Notes under the pieces: generated by a model
Seen by the model: the letters and a program-made list of their open reading frames with translations, nothing else
What the model was told of the DNA's origin: nothing
Databases searched by the model: none
Position numbers and translations under genes: made by a program
Origin: Geosiphon pyriformis uo1
Taxonomy: Eukaryota; Fungi; Glomeromycota
DNA length: 64,000 bases
Assembly (NCBI GenBank): GCA_016748015.1
Contig: JAAOMT010000483.1
Location: 62,001-126,000, forward strand
Direction: 5' to 3'
Shown: positions 13,301 through 28,128 of the stretch, piece after piece
Position numbering within the stretch: the first letter of the stretch is position 1
Layout of the letters: the number at the start of each line of letters is the position of its first letter

Positions 13301-15016
13301 GTTAATCCTTCAAATAACTTCCTGGCTGGTGTAATCTGTATTTTTTTGGAATATGATTTGTCTTTGGAAGATCTTTCGACCAATGCTTTTCACTTTTGGG
13401 GTGGTACCCTCCTGTCTCTTGTTTTTGGTGGTCCTATTTATTTCAGGTGTGTTTCCTCACTTTGGCAGTATGGAATTGCTTTTGTTGAACAGCTTTGCAA
13501 TCGAGCTGGAGCTGTTTTCAATTGGAAAACTTTCAAATAGTGGAAGAAACTGGACCCACAGGGCCTGATTCCTTCTTGGTTTAAGTGTTCGGTTGATTTT
13601 CTTAATGGTGTCTCTTCTGCTTCTGTTTGTTTTTCTCCTCCCTTGGGTATTAGTTCTTTGGACATACTCAAGTCTCAAGAGTTTGGTGTCATTCATAACC
13701 GTTTATTGGGTGTTGATGTCGACCAGTTTGCTGTATACACAGATGGCTCTTTTTGCAATCTAGGGACTTTTAACATGAAGACTGGTACAGCAGTTTTTCT
13801 TGAAGACATTGGTTTGAGTTTGGGTGTTGAGGTTTCTAGTTTGGTGTCTTCTATTATGACTGAGCTACAGACTGTTGTGCTGGCTCTTGAGTGTGTTTTT
13901 TCTTCTAGTTTGGTTAACATTTTTATGGACAGTTAGTCGGCTCTCAATGCTTGTAAGTTGGAATTGGATTTATTGTATCCTGATTTCCGAAATCATTGTT
14001 GAATTAAACAGCACCATATTGTGGATTTCATTTGTGAGAAAAATCTGAATGTCAGTTGGCACAAGATGAAAAGTCATTTTGGTGTTTCAGGCAATAAGCA
14101 TGTTGATGTTTTCGCTAAGACTGCTTCTTCCTCAGTTTGACATCTCCCCTATCAGGTAAAAGAGTATTATGTTAAGGCTGATGGTAGTGCTATCTTGGTG
14201 AATATTAGACACTTTATTTGTGATATTTTTTGTTTAGTCCACTGTATGCACTAGGAAGTGGGCTTTGGTTCAAGAGCAGTGGCATCTAATTTGCAAAATA
14301 ATATTGATTGGTTTCAATCATCTTTTGTGTGACATCCTGACTCCTATTTGGTAACTGGTTTCACTAGTAAATCTACTGCTGGTGCCTGTACGTATTTTAT
14401 GAAAGTGTTATATTATCATCTTCTTGTTGCTGTTCACAAGTGCTTGTATAGTAGGCATTATCCTGGAATAGTGTATTTATTCTGCAGTAATGTTGAGGTT
14501 TCTAATCATGTTTTTTGTTGTTTGTTTGATTTTGCTGCTTGTGTGCAATTGCTGGATACTTTTACAGCTGATTGGATGAAGCTTTCTGGTCTTCTATTTT
14601 TGTTTTCTTGTGTGTCGCAGCTGCTGTTGTTATGTATATCTAACATAAATGTATGTATGGCTTTGTGCAAAAATTTTGTCTTTAATATTTGGTTTCAGGA
14701 GTTTCTGTTAGTTTTCAAGGATTCTAAAATTGTGACCTAAACAATTGTGGATTTTTTGCATGGTTTTTGTCTTGTTTTCTGGGATAAGATTTGGTTGGTG
14801 TGTGTCAGGCACCAGACATTTATGGAGAAAAATGGTCTGATTTCTTTAGATGGGTCTATTTCAGCTTTGATCACTGGACTTTTTTCGACACTTTCTGCTA
14901 GTGTGGTCAATTTGATGAGTATTGCTGATGCTTTAGATGTTGGTTTTAGATTACATAAACTTTTTAGTTTTTTTTCAGATTTGAAGAACATGGTAGTTGT
15001 TTATTTAGGTGCTTAG
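10328..15016 (+). pseudogene. LINE ORF2 (APE endonuclease, reverse transcriptase, RNase H, C-terminal Cys/His motif) with stops and frameshifts
   Basis: APE motifs ETK, GDFN, IDY, DH; RT motifs IPKP, PIAL, DMQKVYDSV, QGE, FVDN; RNase H motifs YTDGS, EL, DS, KSH..GN. Confidence 0.9.
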
Positions 15017-15159
15017 TGTTGTTTTGATTGATCTAAGTGGCTGGTTATATGTAGAAAGTGCATGATTCACACTTAGTTTAGATCATTTGTTGATATATTT
15101 TACTAGGTTGTGTTTGGATTTTACTCATTAAATAGAAAAAAAAAAATAGTATAATTATT

Positions 15160-16200
15160 AGCACTAATATTTTTTGAGTCTTTATTTAAGTAATAAATGA
15201 GATTTTCAAGAAAATTTTACTTGATTTCTGTGATATTGTAGTTTCTAAAGAGATAATTGTTAATTTAGTTTTTAATATATTAAAAAATTGTTTTCTTAAA
15301 AGCTGTAATTCTGTTTTGGATTTTAAATTATTGTTTACAATAAGTGTAAATTTTTAATAACTAAATTTATCTTTAAATTATCTCTTATAATTTGAAATGT
15401 TAAACTTATAAGTAAAATAACCAATTTTGTGTTAATTATTTTGTATAATTACTTTGCAGTAAAAACTAACTTTTTTTTAAGAAATATTTATCTGAAAATT
15501 TATTAAAAATATGCAATTACTTTGTTATAAAAGTCAATTTTTTTACAGAAATCTTATTTGTAAGTTATTTTAGTATGTATAATAATAAAAAATATAAAAA
15601 ATATAAAAAAAATTTTGTTAAAAAAATTGTTTTCTGTTCAAATCTAAAGTTACTAATGAATTATTAAAATTGATAGCTAATTAATTTCAAAATATTAGTT
15701 GAAATTTGGAGAATTTCAAGTAAAATAATTATAATTTTTGTTATTTTTTAATATAATTTTTATTAAAGTAATTTGAATAGATATTAAAAAAAAATATTTT
15801 TACTAAAAATAATTTTAGCTAAAATATATTTTCTTAAAGAGAAAAGCTTTTTTTTTATACAATTTATTGTAATACTAGTTTATAAATTTGTACTTTTTTC
15901 TTTGTTACTATGTTGCTAAATTAAAAATACATTTTTGGCAAACTACAAGTTATTTTTATAAACTATTTAGTATTTTGGTAAATTATTTATTATTTTGGAA
16001 AATTTTTACAAATTTCAGCAAATTTTTGAATGTTATAGAGTTCAAAATATTGTATAATCTGATTATTGTATTTGTATATTGTACAAATTAGGCTATTAAT
16101 TAGATTGTAATATTCAATAATTTGATTAAATAATAGTAATAATTAAAAATGATAATAATATATGCTAATTAAAAATAGAAATTATAAGAGTAATTTTATG
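15160..16200 (-). mobile_element. Decayed Gypsy 3' LTR (family B, to ~15874) plus adjacent internal sequence
   Basis: ~15350-16200 is collinear with ~58410-59285. Confidence 0.7.
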
Positions 16201-16229
16201 TTAATTTCTGATTAAAATTTTATTAATAA

Positions 16230-17988
<1,759 letters not shown>

Positions 17989-19003
17989 ACAATAATAAAT
18001 AAAACAATTTAAAAAAAATAAAATAAAAAATTAGTCAAAATAATTTTAATAGTAATATTTAAAATACAAAATTTATACAAAAATATTTAATAATAAAATT
18101 TACAATAAATAAAATACAGTTTTAGTTTTTATTTTTAAAACCAGTAATTATTAATTAAAATTATTTATATTAACAATATAATTAAATACTAATTCAAAAC
18201 AAATTTAATAAATAAATACATATTATTATTATTATTATTTAAAATAAAAAATTATTTGCAACCAAAATAAAATTAAACATTATAATTAAATTTAATAATA
18301 TAAAATTGGTAAAAACATTAAAAAAACCAATATTTTGTTTTTTAAAAAAAAAAACCAAAAAAAAAACAAAAAAGTATTTTAAAAAACATTAAAAAGAATA
18401 TTATTTTTCAATATTCAAAAATTTAAATTAATTTTAACAAAAAAAAATTTTTTTGATTTTTTTGGCTATTTATATAACAAAAAAGAAAAAATAGCCATTT
18501 AGTATTGGTATTATTAATAAAAATAAAACTTTGGGCATTTCTTTGTTATTAATAAATTTTTTTGGTAAAAAAAAGTTTTAATTGTTGGTTTATATTAATA
18601 TTAAAAGTATTTTGTAATAATAAAAACAATATTAAATAAGTTTTTTTAATAATAAAAATAGATTTAAAACAATTAAAAGTTGTTGAATTGTAAATATAAA
18701 AAATTTTCGTTTTTGATTTTATATAACAATAAATTTTAACAAAATTTTAACAAAATTTTAAAATAAAAAATATTTAAATACATTCTTTAAAATAATTGTA
18801 CTTTAGAATACAATGTGCTAAATCACTAATTTATATAATAAAATATTAAAATATGTGGTTAAAAAATGCATGTGAAAATTTTCAAAATACTTATTTATAC
18901 TTATTAAAAAACATTTCAGCAATAAAAAAAAAGATTTTTGATTTATAGTGCTTATCATTGGCCAAACCTTTTATAAAGTTCATTCTTGTTTGACTTCAAG
19001 CCG

Positions 19004-20257
19004 ATGTTGCAAATTTCTAAAATTTTTAGAAGTCAAATTTTATTTTATGAGACTTCATGCATGAGGAATTACGGTCCTAATACATTCTTAACCAGGAAAT
19101 CGCTTAACATATCTGCTACTTCCATGGAAATTAAAATAGCAAAAAAAGTCGTTAATAATATACAGAGAAAAAGTGTCATGGCTGAGCTGGCTTTTAAAAA
19201 AACCAAAAACACAGTGGAGTCAATAGATATAGAAGAAGACGAAAAAATGGTCGAGTTTTATGAGCCCGAAATACCATTTCAGAAAACGAAATCCTTTGGA
19301 AGGAATAATCTAAGATCAAAGATCACACAAGAAAATTCGGTACACAATTACCCCCCGCAATTCAAAGTAATCTTTGGGGAAAAGCATCCCTCGATAAAAT
19401 ATTTTGAAGAATTGCGGCGCAACAGATTGGATCGGTGGCAACGGCGCGCAGTGATTATTCAAGGGATCAAAAATATTCGTGAATTAATTGATAAAGGCCA
19501 TCAAATACGCTCAATTGTAGCCACAGCACCCACTCAACCACCCTTTCCTAAACCTTCAGAAATAACTGGTGCCACTCAATACCTTCTCGAAAATCTTGAT
19601 CAATTTCCCGCCGAGAAATATTACATCACTGATCAACAGATGACGCGAAAGGTTCTTGGCCAATGGGCACTTTTAGGCAACTGGGAAGTTTGGGCTGAAG
19701 TGCCATTTCCACCTATCCAGTACCCCCAAACAATAAAAAAATTATTGGTGCTTGAACGAATTGTAGACCCTTATTATGTTGGTCAATTGATTAGAGCAGC
19801 TAAGAGCCTTGGATGGGATGGTGTTTTCCTGTTCCCAAGTGCGGTAGATGTATATGATGATCGCGTAATGCGTCAATCACGTTACAGATCAATTTTTTTT
19901 CCTCATTCATTTACGGATGTGGGTGGATTGAAATCACTTATAAAACAACATGATTTGACTTTAATGGCTGCTGAACCTATACCTCCTTCAATGGAGCAGA
20001 CATCAACTTTAAGTGATATGGGTAACAAGAAAATATCAAGTATACATTTTTGGCATGAAATAAATGGTGTGTTAAAGAAGACACCTCCTTTATCTGGCAT
20101 AGCCCTTATGATTGGGACTTGCGTCAACGGTACCCTTTATTCAATCCCAGAAAATACGCTCCGCGTCGCTATACCAACTATTAATAATGTTAAATTGAAT
20201 GCTGGAATGGCCGGTGTTGTCTTGATGAGTGAACTTAATCATCTGGTAGATACCTGA
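19004..20257 (+). CDS. SpoU/TrmH-type (SPOUT) RNA methyltransferase-like protein, MRM3-like architecture, likely mitochondrial; intronless
   Basis: N-terminal substrate-binding-like motif IIQGIKNIRELI; motif 1 LVLERIVDPYYVGQLIRAA; motif 3 VAIP..KLNAGMAG; basic presequence-like N-terminus. Confidence 0.75.
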   Translation: MLQISKIFRSQILFYETSCMRNYGPNTFLTRKSLNISATSMEIKIAKKVVNNIQRKSVMAELAFKKTKNTVESIDIEEDEKMVEFYEPEIPFQKTKSFGRNNLRSKITQENSVHNYPPQFKVIFGEKHPSIKYFEELRRNRLDRWQRRAVIIQGIKNIRELIDKGHQIRSIVATAPTQPPFPKPSEITGATQYLLENLDQFPAEKYYITDQQMTRKVLGQWALLGNWEVWAEVPFPPIQYPQTIKKLLVLERIVDPYYVGQLIRAAKSLGWDGVFLFPSAVDVYDDRVMRQSRYRSIFFPHSFTDVGGLKSLIKQHDLTLMAAEPIPPSMEQTSTLSDMGNKKISSIHFWHEINGVLKKTPPLSGIALMIGTCVNGTLYSIPENTLRVAIPTINNVKLNAGMAGVVLMSELNHLVDT

Positions 20258-20454
20258 AATTAACTTACGTTCTTAAGCGAGAATCTATCAAGGTCAAATA
20301 AACGGGATCTTCTTGCTTCTAACAATTAACTGACCTTTCAACCGGAATTTCTTAATGGTGATCCAGCTATTAAATACTATGTTGGGTTTACGTCAAATCT
20401 AGTATACAATCTATAATTGAATGATCAATTATCATAAATATCCCGAGTTTCATC

Positions 20455-23400
20455 TCAATTCTCAAAGCCGTGATTCTCCTTTGCTGCTATGTCAGACGCA
20501 AACTCTGCGGGATGAGTTGTTAAATAGTCAATGTTAGGGAAATCAACTAGTAAGGGCTAATATAGCCGAGAAGACTTTTATTTACATGTTTCCTGTTGGT
20601 CATGGTTATGGCATTTGTAGAATAAAAGGTATGGAGTGTCCGATTTGTATTGGTCGCCGTTTGCAATAATCTGTTTTATATTTGATGAGCTAACAGAACT
20701 ATCATTTAGACAATACCATTGACCATCATCTTGTTGGTGTTTTGGAAAGGTAATATGAGATACTTTGAAAAACAGTACTTGAGTAATTCAAGAACTCGAT
20801 ATTTAGCTATCTGATATTAAAAAAAGAGTATACCTTCATCTTTCGCATATGTGTAGTAATGCCCATATTCTGCCGAGTATCCGGAGTGGACAACAATAGC
20901 TCTCAAAGAATATTGGGCGGCTGGTGACTCTTGGATAAGGGCATCAAGCTCGGCTTCGATTTTTTTATCATCATCAGCAGGATTCAAATTTTCATGATGG
21001 GTTTCTTCAATTTTACCAAGAGACACATACCCATCCATCAAACAGTCCCCGTGGTCTTCCTCGTCACCATCCTGGCTTGGAACTTTGACATAATCCTCAG
21101 TTTTATCATCCATCTTTTCAATCGTATCATCCAGTTTATTCTCCAGATGTTCATACTCATCAATCTCAGAATCCCCTAATTCTTGACTTAAAACCTATAA
21201 ATTTCAAATATTATTACGATTAAGGAATAAAATAAGCAAAGAAGCTGTTAATTTGATAATAATATACATTTTGGTTAATTGTTTCATTGTTATCCTGCTC
21301 TTCATAGATATGTTGCTCTTCATAGATATCTTGCTCCTCATAGATATCTTGCTCCTCAATTGACTCGGGAGTATCTTGACTCGCATCCTGTTTATTAAAT
21401 ATATACAGAATTGATGAAATTATATGGAAAATATGAATTTACTAAGCAAATAACTTACACTGAGATGGTTGGGGGAATTAACTCCATTTTCTTGAATTAC
21501 TGGGTTATATGTTAGCTCCAAGCTTTCTTGAATAACAATCTGATTTAAAGATCAACCACTCAGTTGATTAGTAAACAACAAAGTTTAATGGAGTGTTTGA
21601 CCAAAAAGTACCGGTGTCCTTATTTTTATTCTACGATGTATGTCTCGGTCATACTCAAATCGATTTAAAGATAATATCAAATATGTTGGAAGCTCTGTAA
21701 TTCTAGTTGTCTGCCATCAGATAGATGAATCATCAGTGAGTGAAACTTCTATGTTGATGTCAAAATAGAATATTAAATTAAAAACCTTTATCGCATCACG
21801 ATGGCCTCGACATGTATCACATGAATATTGATTTTCCCCGTTTAATTTTTCTGGCGAAAGAAGTTCTTTGAGCATGTCCGGAATTAGAAGATTAGAGCTA
21901 TCTGCGACACAAACATATATTCACTTTAGCGCTATAATACAAATTCCAAGATAATTTAATTGAAAATTTACTTACTTTCCCTGTTCTCTGTTTGAAGGGA
22001 CAAGGTCAACTCATGAAATTCTTCCTTAAAATATAGAAAGAAAATAAGTAAGAATAGCTTAGCAAAAATGTTTTTAGTATATGAAAGAAATTTTAGCTCG
22101 TACAAGAGTCTTTGAGATGCTGCCACATGATAGACATTGAATTATATTTTGCAACTTTCCACGGAAAGGTACAAGGGGAATATCGAACTCGGTAGGTTTT
22201 TCTGGTGTCGTTGGTGGGGAGTCAATTTCGAGTTCATCTGAATCAAGACGCCTTTTTTTACTAGGAAGAGATTTAGTCACATCATCTTCCACTTGGCTAA
22301 ACAATATTCTTCAAGATTATGCGTTTTAGTTAAGTTTCAACCAATTAAAGATGTCGGAATTTTTGCAAATAATTTTTACTTGAGGAATTCATGAGAATCC
22401 TGTTGTCGCCCATCATTCAACCAACTAGGAAGAGTCTACGCGTGAATATAAAAATAGGCCATGAGCTTATAGTTATCCCCATCTAAAGCATAATTATGAT
22501 TGGTAAGGGAAGAAAATAACCTGCAACAATGTCAATGGAGAATAAAAAGGCTTTGTTGCTTCCTCCAGAGCTTTGAAACATTGTTGAAGAGCGAAGGTTG
22601 TCGAGTTTCGTGTGACACTGGAAATAAAATTCAAATAACTCATTTATTCAAATATTATTATCTTGTTATTGAGGGCTTGTAGCCTACCTTGTAATTTCTA
22701 AAATGCGTTTACGAAATTCAAGTGAATTAAAAAGTGCCTATATAAGAGTGAAATGTTTTAGTATCAAATCATCAGTCAAAAAAAAGATACCTGGTTTACC
22801 TGGAGTACGCTATTCATGAAGCAAGTGTTCCCGAGGTTCTTCAAACCAGTCTTTCGTTGCAGTGGGAAACTTCTTTTTATTGGAGATTTAACTAAAGGTA
22901 GTGATTCAGGTCCTAGAAGACAGATAGGTTCCTTAATTTTAATAATCTTATGAAGCGGTATAATAAAAAATATATATCAAAGCGTCGCACTTGGAATATT
23001 GAGAGCTTTAGCCCATTGGTTTTCTTCCAACAGATTGGTAATTTCGTTAGTTGTGAGCGCTGTCTGTACGAAAATAATTTGTCACTTTTAAAAACATATT
23101 GAATTGCAAAGAATATTATGATATAAACATGTGATACCGTATTAAATTCTTGCAACTTTTCTCTGACATTATTATGTAAGTTCGAGTTTCCAGGAAATTT
23201 ATACAGGAGACATTGGATTAGTGCTGAAAGCTCCATTAAAGTTTCTTTTTGATCAGACTGCCAAGACAAAAGAGTGACAAAATAAAAACTTTGAATTAAA
23301 AGTGTTAAGATTCTTGAGTTTTTTTTTAAAATACCTCTTGAGCGATCGCATCAAAAACATTTGGGATTTTTTCAATGATTGAAAGAAATAAATCATCAGA

Positions 23401-24927
23401 ATGCTGATATCCAAAAAGCATATGCTTAACAACTATCATTATATCGACCCGCATGTCCTTCCTTTTAAGAATCTCAAAGACTGAGAAAAAGTTACTATAA
23501 GTAAGAAATCTGACATATAGCATCTGTAAAGATAAATTCTGTGAAGATACGTACTACTTGGAAGGTTCCGCTTCGTTATATCCAATACTAAATCAAAATT
23601 TTGTATTTGGACCATAGCATTCATCAGACCAACTATCCAAAGGCCAATATTTTTAGCGTGAGGCATATGAAGCATATCAATCATTCGTTGTATAGCTTGA
23701 TCAAAGTGTAACTCTTGTTCCCGAGTGCTACCCTGCACAAAGGGCAAAATAGCTTTGCGGTTGTTAATAAATCATTCATCAAAAACAATTAAGGTCATGC
23801 ACATACCTGCTGTGTACTGTGTAGGCATTCGGCTGATTACCAATGCTAAGCAAGAGGAGCATTTGGTACCGGTTGACGAAAGCTTCAGGAATACTTGCAT
23901 AAGCGTGAATCGGATATTATCAGGGCTGAAATAGAAAAACTAATGTAAGAAATAATAAGATAAATTCTTGAATTTAAGGAATTCAAAATACCTACCTTTC
24001 TTGCCAATACTTTTCTATTATTTTAACGGAATCTTCGGCATAGTTTGATTCAGAATTTCCTAATTGATTTTCTGGTCGAATAGATAATCCAGTCACAAGT
24101 GCCTAATATTGCAAACTCATACTTAATATATTGAAGCTCGGAGAATAGAAATGATCAAGTTTTTCATAAAATGTATACCTCTAATACGATTGTGGAGTCT
24201 TTGGGAATCGTTGTAGGTAAAGCGTTAAACATGCTTATAAATAAATTTTGCCAATCAATCCTCGTCTTTGTAATTGGGAGATTTTGATTTACAATCGACT
24301 GTAATTGTTGATAGTCCTCTTCAACACTCGTGACATAATCCGGCATCTGCCCAATTCCTTGAATTTCATGATTAAAAATATTCCACAATTCTGCATAAAT
24401 TGAATTAAAATATAACTAAGAAAAAGATTTTTCTAATACCTTCTTTCTTGTATTTAACCACTATAATTATTGCTTTCAAATGTCTGTATAAAGAACTCTT
24501 CTGTGAAGACGCGTTTCAGGGATTAGTGGTTTTGAAATTGAAATTACTATATCTAGCTATTAGCTTACAATATCCGTGAGCAACCAATCTTTAATGACTT
24601 TTGAATTGAAATAATCGAAATAGTCTCGCTTGTAAGCCCGGGAAATCTTTTCAAGGATTAACTCGCCGGCATAAGCATTAATCGAAGGATTTTCCTATGT
24701 TCATAATATAAGATTATTTTCGTTTTATGGCTTTTTTATACTAGTTTTCATCGTCGAAATACCTCATAAAGAAATTTGTAACCACACTCGCACCACCTTT
24801 TGCGTTCGTTTTCGTTCAAGTTCCATTCTTTAGATTGAGACATCATTTGTGATAGGACTGTTTTTTTAGTTTTTTCTGGTAAATCAGCGGACAAGATCTT
24901 TAAGAAATTTTCTAATTCGCCTTCCAT
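20455..24927 (-). CDS. Ubiquitin-specific protease, USP35/USP38-like (multi-exon)
   Basis: Cys box KTGLKNLGNTCFMNSVLQ (~22800-22855); QQDSHEF; His box VVHSGYSAEYGHYY; N-terminal helical region (RMIDML, HMLFGYQHS) resembling USP35/38. Confidence 0.85.
21290..21358 (-). repeat. 18-bp coding tandem repeat (EEQDIY-like x~4)
   Basis: gaggagcaagatatctat units inside the USP gene. Confidence 0.8.
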
Positions 24928-25097
24928 CGGGACAGCATTAATATAAGAATCTAAAGGTTGTAGGGAAAAAAACGACCGGATATGAAGAAAAGATTTTATC
25001 GTTTGTCATTTAAGATGAAAATGATTACGACACTCCGAGAACCTGCATTACTTTTGATCACATTGTTGTAATCGAGATTAGACTTGTGAAAAAAATT

Positions 25098-26050
25098 ATG
25101 CGAGCCTATTTTTTTAACGACGATCAACATGACCCACGAGAGCCTCATGAGTATACCCCTTGCACACTGCTCACCCTCCAAGAGCTCTCACAGCTCGGAG
25201 TATTATATCAGCACATAGAAGTCAATGAAAATTACCAAAAAGAAATTGATAGGGTTTCTTCTGAGCGAAAATACAAGAATCGTGATATTGTAGGCTAAAG
25301 TCGGTTGATCTAAAAATCGGGTTTAAATTCACTCTTTTTCAACTGACATAGATCACTGTTTCAAAAGAGGGCCTCGGCGAATTATACGAGAGCAAGCTAA
25401 AAACCTTTTTTGAAGAGTATTTAATAATTCCATTCAAAAAGTATTTTTTTCTAAAAACCTTTTATAAAAAATTTTCCTAAATTGCGTTGTTATTCACATT
25501 TCAAAGGCATCTTCACGAAGACGAAGAAATACGTTACATTCTTGAGGGCAGTGGTTACTTTGATATTCGTGGTATGGTTTAATAGCATGATTCTAATTTC
25601 AACTGAAGCAGAGCTTAACTTTGTAAATTATAAGACCACCAGGATCTTTGGATTCGCATTGCTTTGGAACCTGGAGATTTAATTCTATTGGTACTATTTA
25701 GGAATTATTTTTATTTGTAAAAATTTATTATTCACTTTCATATTAAAATTGCTGTTATTTTTTGATACAGCCTGCTGGGATTTATCATCGATTTACCTTA
25801 GACAATAACAATTACATAAAAGCGATGCGTAAGTTTCACTTGAAATTTTTTTTATTACAAGAAAACTCATTGATGTTCTTGGGTGGTTTTTAGGTTTGTT
25901 CAAAGATGATCCTAAATGGACACCCATAAATCGTAAGATATTTCTTGAATGTTTTTTTTTCTAATTTCCAACAACTATTAAGTGTTTTTATGATTAGGTC
26001 CTGCTGATGATAATATTTATCGTATCGAATACTTGAAGTCAATAACTTAA
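25098..26050 (+). CDS. ADI1: Acireductone dioxygenase (methionine salvage), multi-exon
   Basis: Spliced motifs [41 protein letters not shown]. Confidence 0.93.
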
Positions 26051-26163
26051 GCTCAGAAATAGCATAAATTTTATGCTGGGATTTTTTTAATTCATTAAAA
26101 GTAAACACATCATTTGAATTAATTTGAGATATAACTCTCATTTTGATTTGAATTTTTCTTGAA

Positions 26164-27786
26164 TTATAACTTTTTTTCCAAAGAAATATTTTTTATTTTC
26201 TTCTTTTCGAGCTCAAAATAAAAACGGTGTCGAAGATTGGGTTTTGTTGCTTTATCTTCCGAAGTAGTAGTCGAATGTTCCATGTCACCAGGCAAAGCGC
26301 CAAATAATTTGTTTGTCTCTTTATCTCGCACAAATTCTGGAATCATAGGAATCACTTTTCTTGAATTGGTGCAAGTACTCAATAGTAGATCCTGTAATTT
26401 CTTATAAGAGGTAAGCTCATTCAGAATGTACCACTGTGGAGGAAAAAGATGAATTTGGTCCTTCTGATAAGCTTCTATAGCTTCACCAGGCGTAAACCAA
26501 TCCAGCTGGATTGTTTCCTTGGTGTCTACCCCTATATGGTTATGAACAATCCTTTCAAGAGCACTTTCATCATTTTTAGTTTCATGAATTACATCAGGGA
26601 GAGCGGTAAGGTAAAAAATTGTATCATAACGTTTTTTTTCCGTAACTGGAGTTACCCAATTGGAAAAGAAATAAAGATCATGGACAGCTGGATTCGTGTC
26701 ATAATTTTTGCACATCAAAAAAAAATTCTGAACATTGGAATGAATCTAGTTTAAAGAATTTTTTTACTAAGTAATACCATGAAGCATTGGGAAAACTTCA
26801 AAGTAACCATACCTTTTCTCGCCAAAATTTGGATTCTTCCTCACTCCAGGTTGGAATTGGTTTCGAAATTAATAGGCCGCTCTCTTCAAAAGTTTCACGA
26901 ATAGCACAAATCTTATGTGCCAGTGAATGTAGCTTTTGTCCCTCGAGTGAATTTGATTCTTGATTCCTGCTTTTTCAAGCCAACCACAATTAACACGATG
27001 TTATTATTCTCGGGAAATAAATTGTTTCGAGAAACAAGCTCAATAAGATTATCAGAGATTTCTCACTTGTCCTGTAACCCATAAATCATTTCCCATTTCA
27101 CTGAAGTATCGCTTGGATCAAGATAACCGCCTGAGATCCAGATGGAATAAGATGTTGGAAGTACAAAAGAATAAATCCCTCATTTTTGAATTTTCTTACC
27201 TGGAAAGACATGGGCATCAAAGAAGGATCCTGTTCCATTTCTTTTTGGATATTAAAAAAATATCATAAAATTTTTCTTAAAATCTTTCAAGCTGAGAACA
27301 TGAGTCTAATCTAACCTAATACTCGATCTTGAGATTATCAAAGAACAGTTATTGAATCAACCTTTTTAGCATCAAGATTTTATAATCGAACCCATTCTTC
27401 ACTTTGACTTTATGTGAAATTAAAGCATCTTTGGAGTTAGTCCTAATGGGGGCCAAGACGATGAGGCTTTTTGAATGTGGTGATTAGGTTTAAACGGTCA
27501 GATTTTATCGTAATCTAAGAATCCCAGAATAGTTTTTCAAGTCCCAATCATCAATTACCTGGCTGATTTTCGCAACTCATTACCAGCAGTGGTTTGGAAA
27601 CTAATGGGTCCTTTAAATTTTTTTTTATAGGATAAAAAGTTGATAATATATCGCTGTTCATTTGATTATAGGATTGATGCTGTATATTTTTCATACTAAG
27701 TTTTAATTATTTTATCATTTCCACCTACGATGATTATTGAAGGCGACAAGAAAACTAATAGTCGGCCGGAAAAGTTTGGGAAACAT
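26164..27786 (-). CDS. NUDT19-like Nudix hydrolase (acyl-CoA diphosphatase), multi-exon; start approximate
   Basis: RKSASLIV, VFPGG, CAIRETFEESG, NWVTP, KRYDTIFY, LFPPQWY. Confidence 0.85.
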
Positions 27787-28007
27787 GATCAATCATTAAA
27801 ATAAACATAAAAATTAAAATATCTCATAATTTTTATTAGCATGTTATTTTAAATTTTGATAATTAAGTTGTGTTTTCTTGATTTCATGCATTTCAGCAGA
27901 TTTGAAACACATTTTTCCTTATTTATGTGGATTCGTGTTTATTTAACTAATAATTAGTAAAAAACAAAAAAATTGTCATCTTTTCTGTTAACAAAATACA
28001 AGTACTT

Positions 28008-28128
28008 TAATAATAATAATAATAATAAATTGTTATAACAAAGTAAGGTTCTTCTACTATCTATTTTAGATATAACAAAGGCAACTATATACGTAAATCA
28101 TGCGATTTCAACACATAACCAGCCACCT
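28008..28128 (-). mobile_element. Short retroposed 3'-tail fragment related to the LINE 3' UTR, ending in (TTA)n
   Basis: 28093-28126(-) matches 15037-15070 at 29/34 positions, followed ~65 nt later by a (TTA)n tract. Confidence 0.6.

Larger units (their letters stand above)
8409..15143 (+). mobile_element. Full-length non-LTR retrotransposon (LINE; ORF1 + APE-RT-RNase H ORF2), inactivated
   Basis: TSD AAATAGTATA at 8399-8408 and 15144-15153; poly(A) tail; 5' end CTTCTTTCTC shared with the LINE at 52453. Confidence 0.92.
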
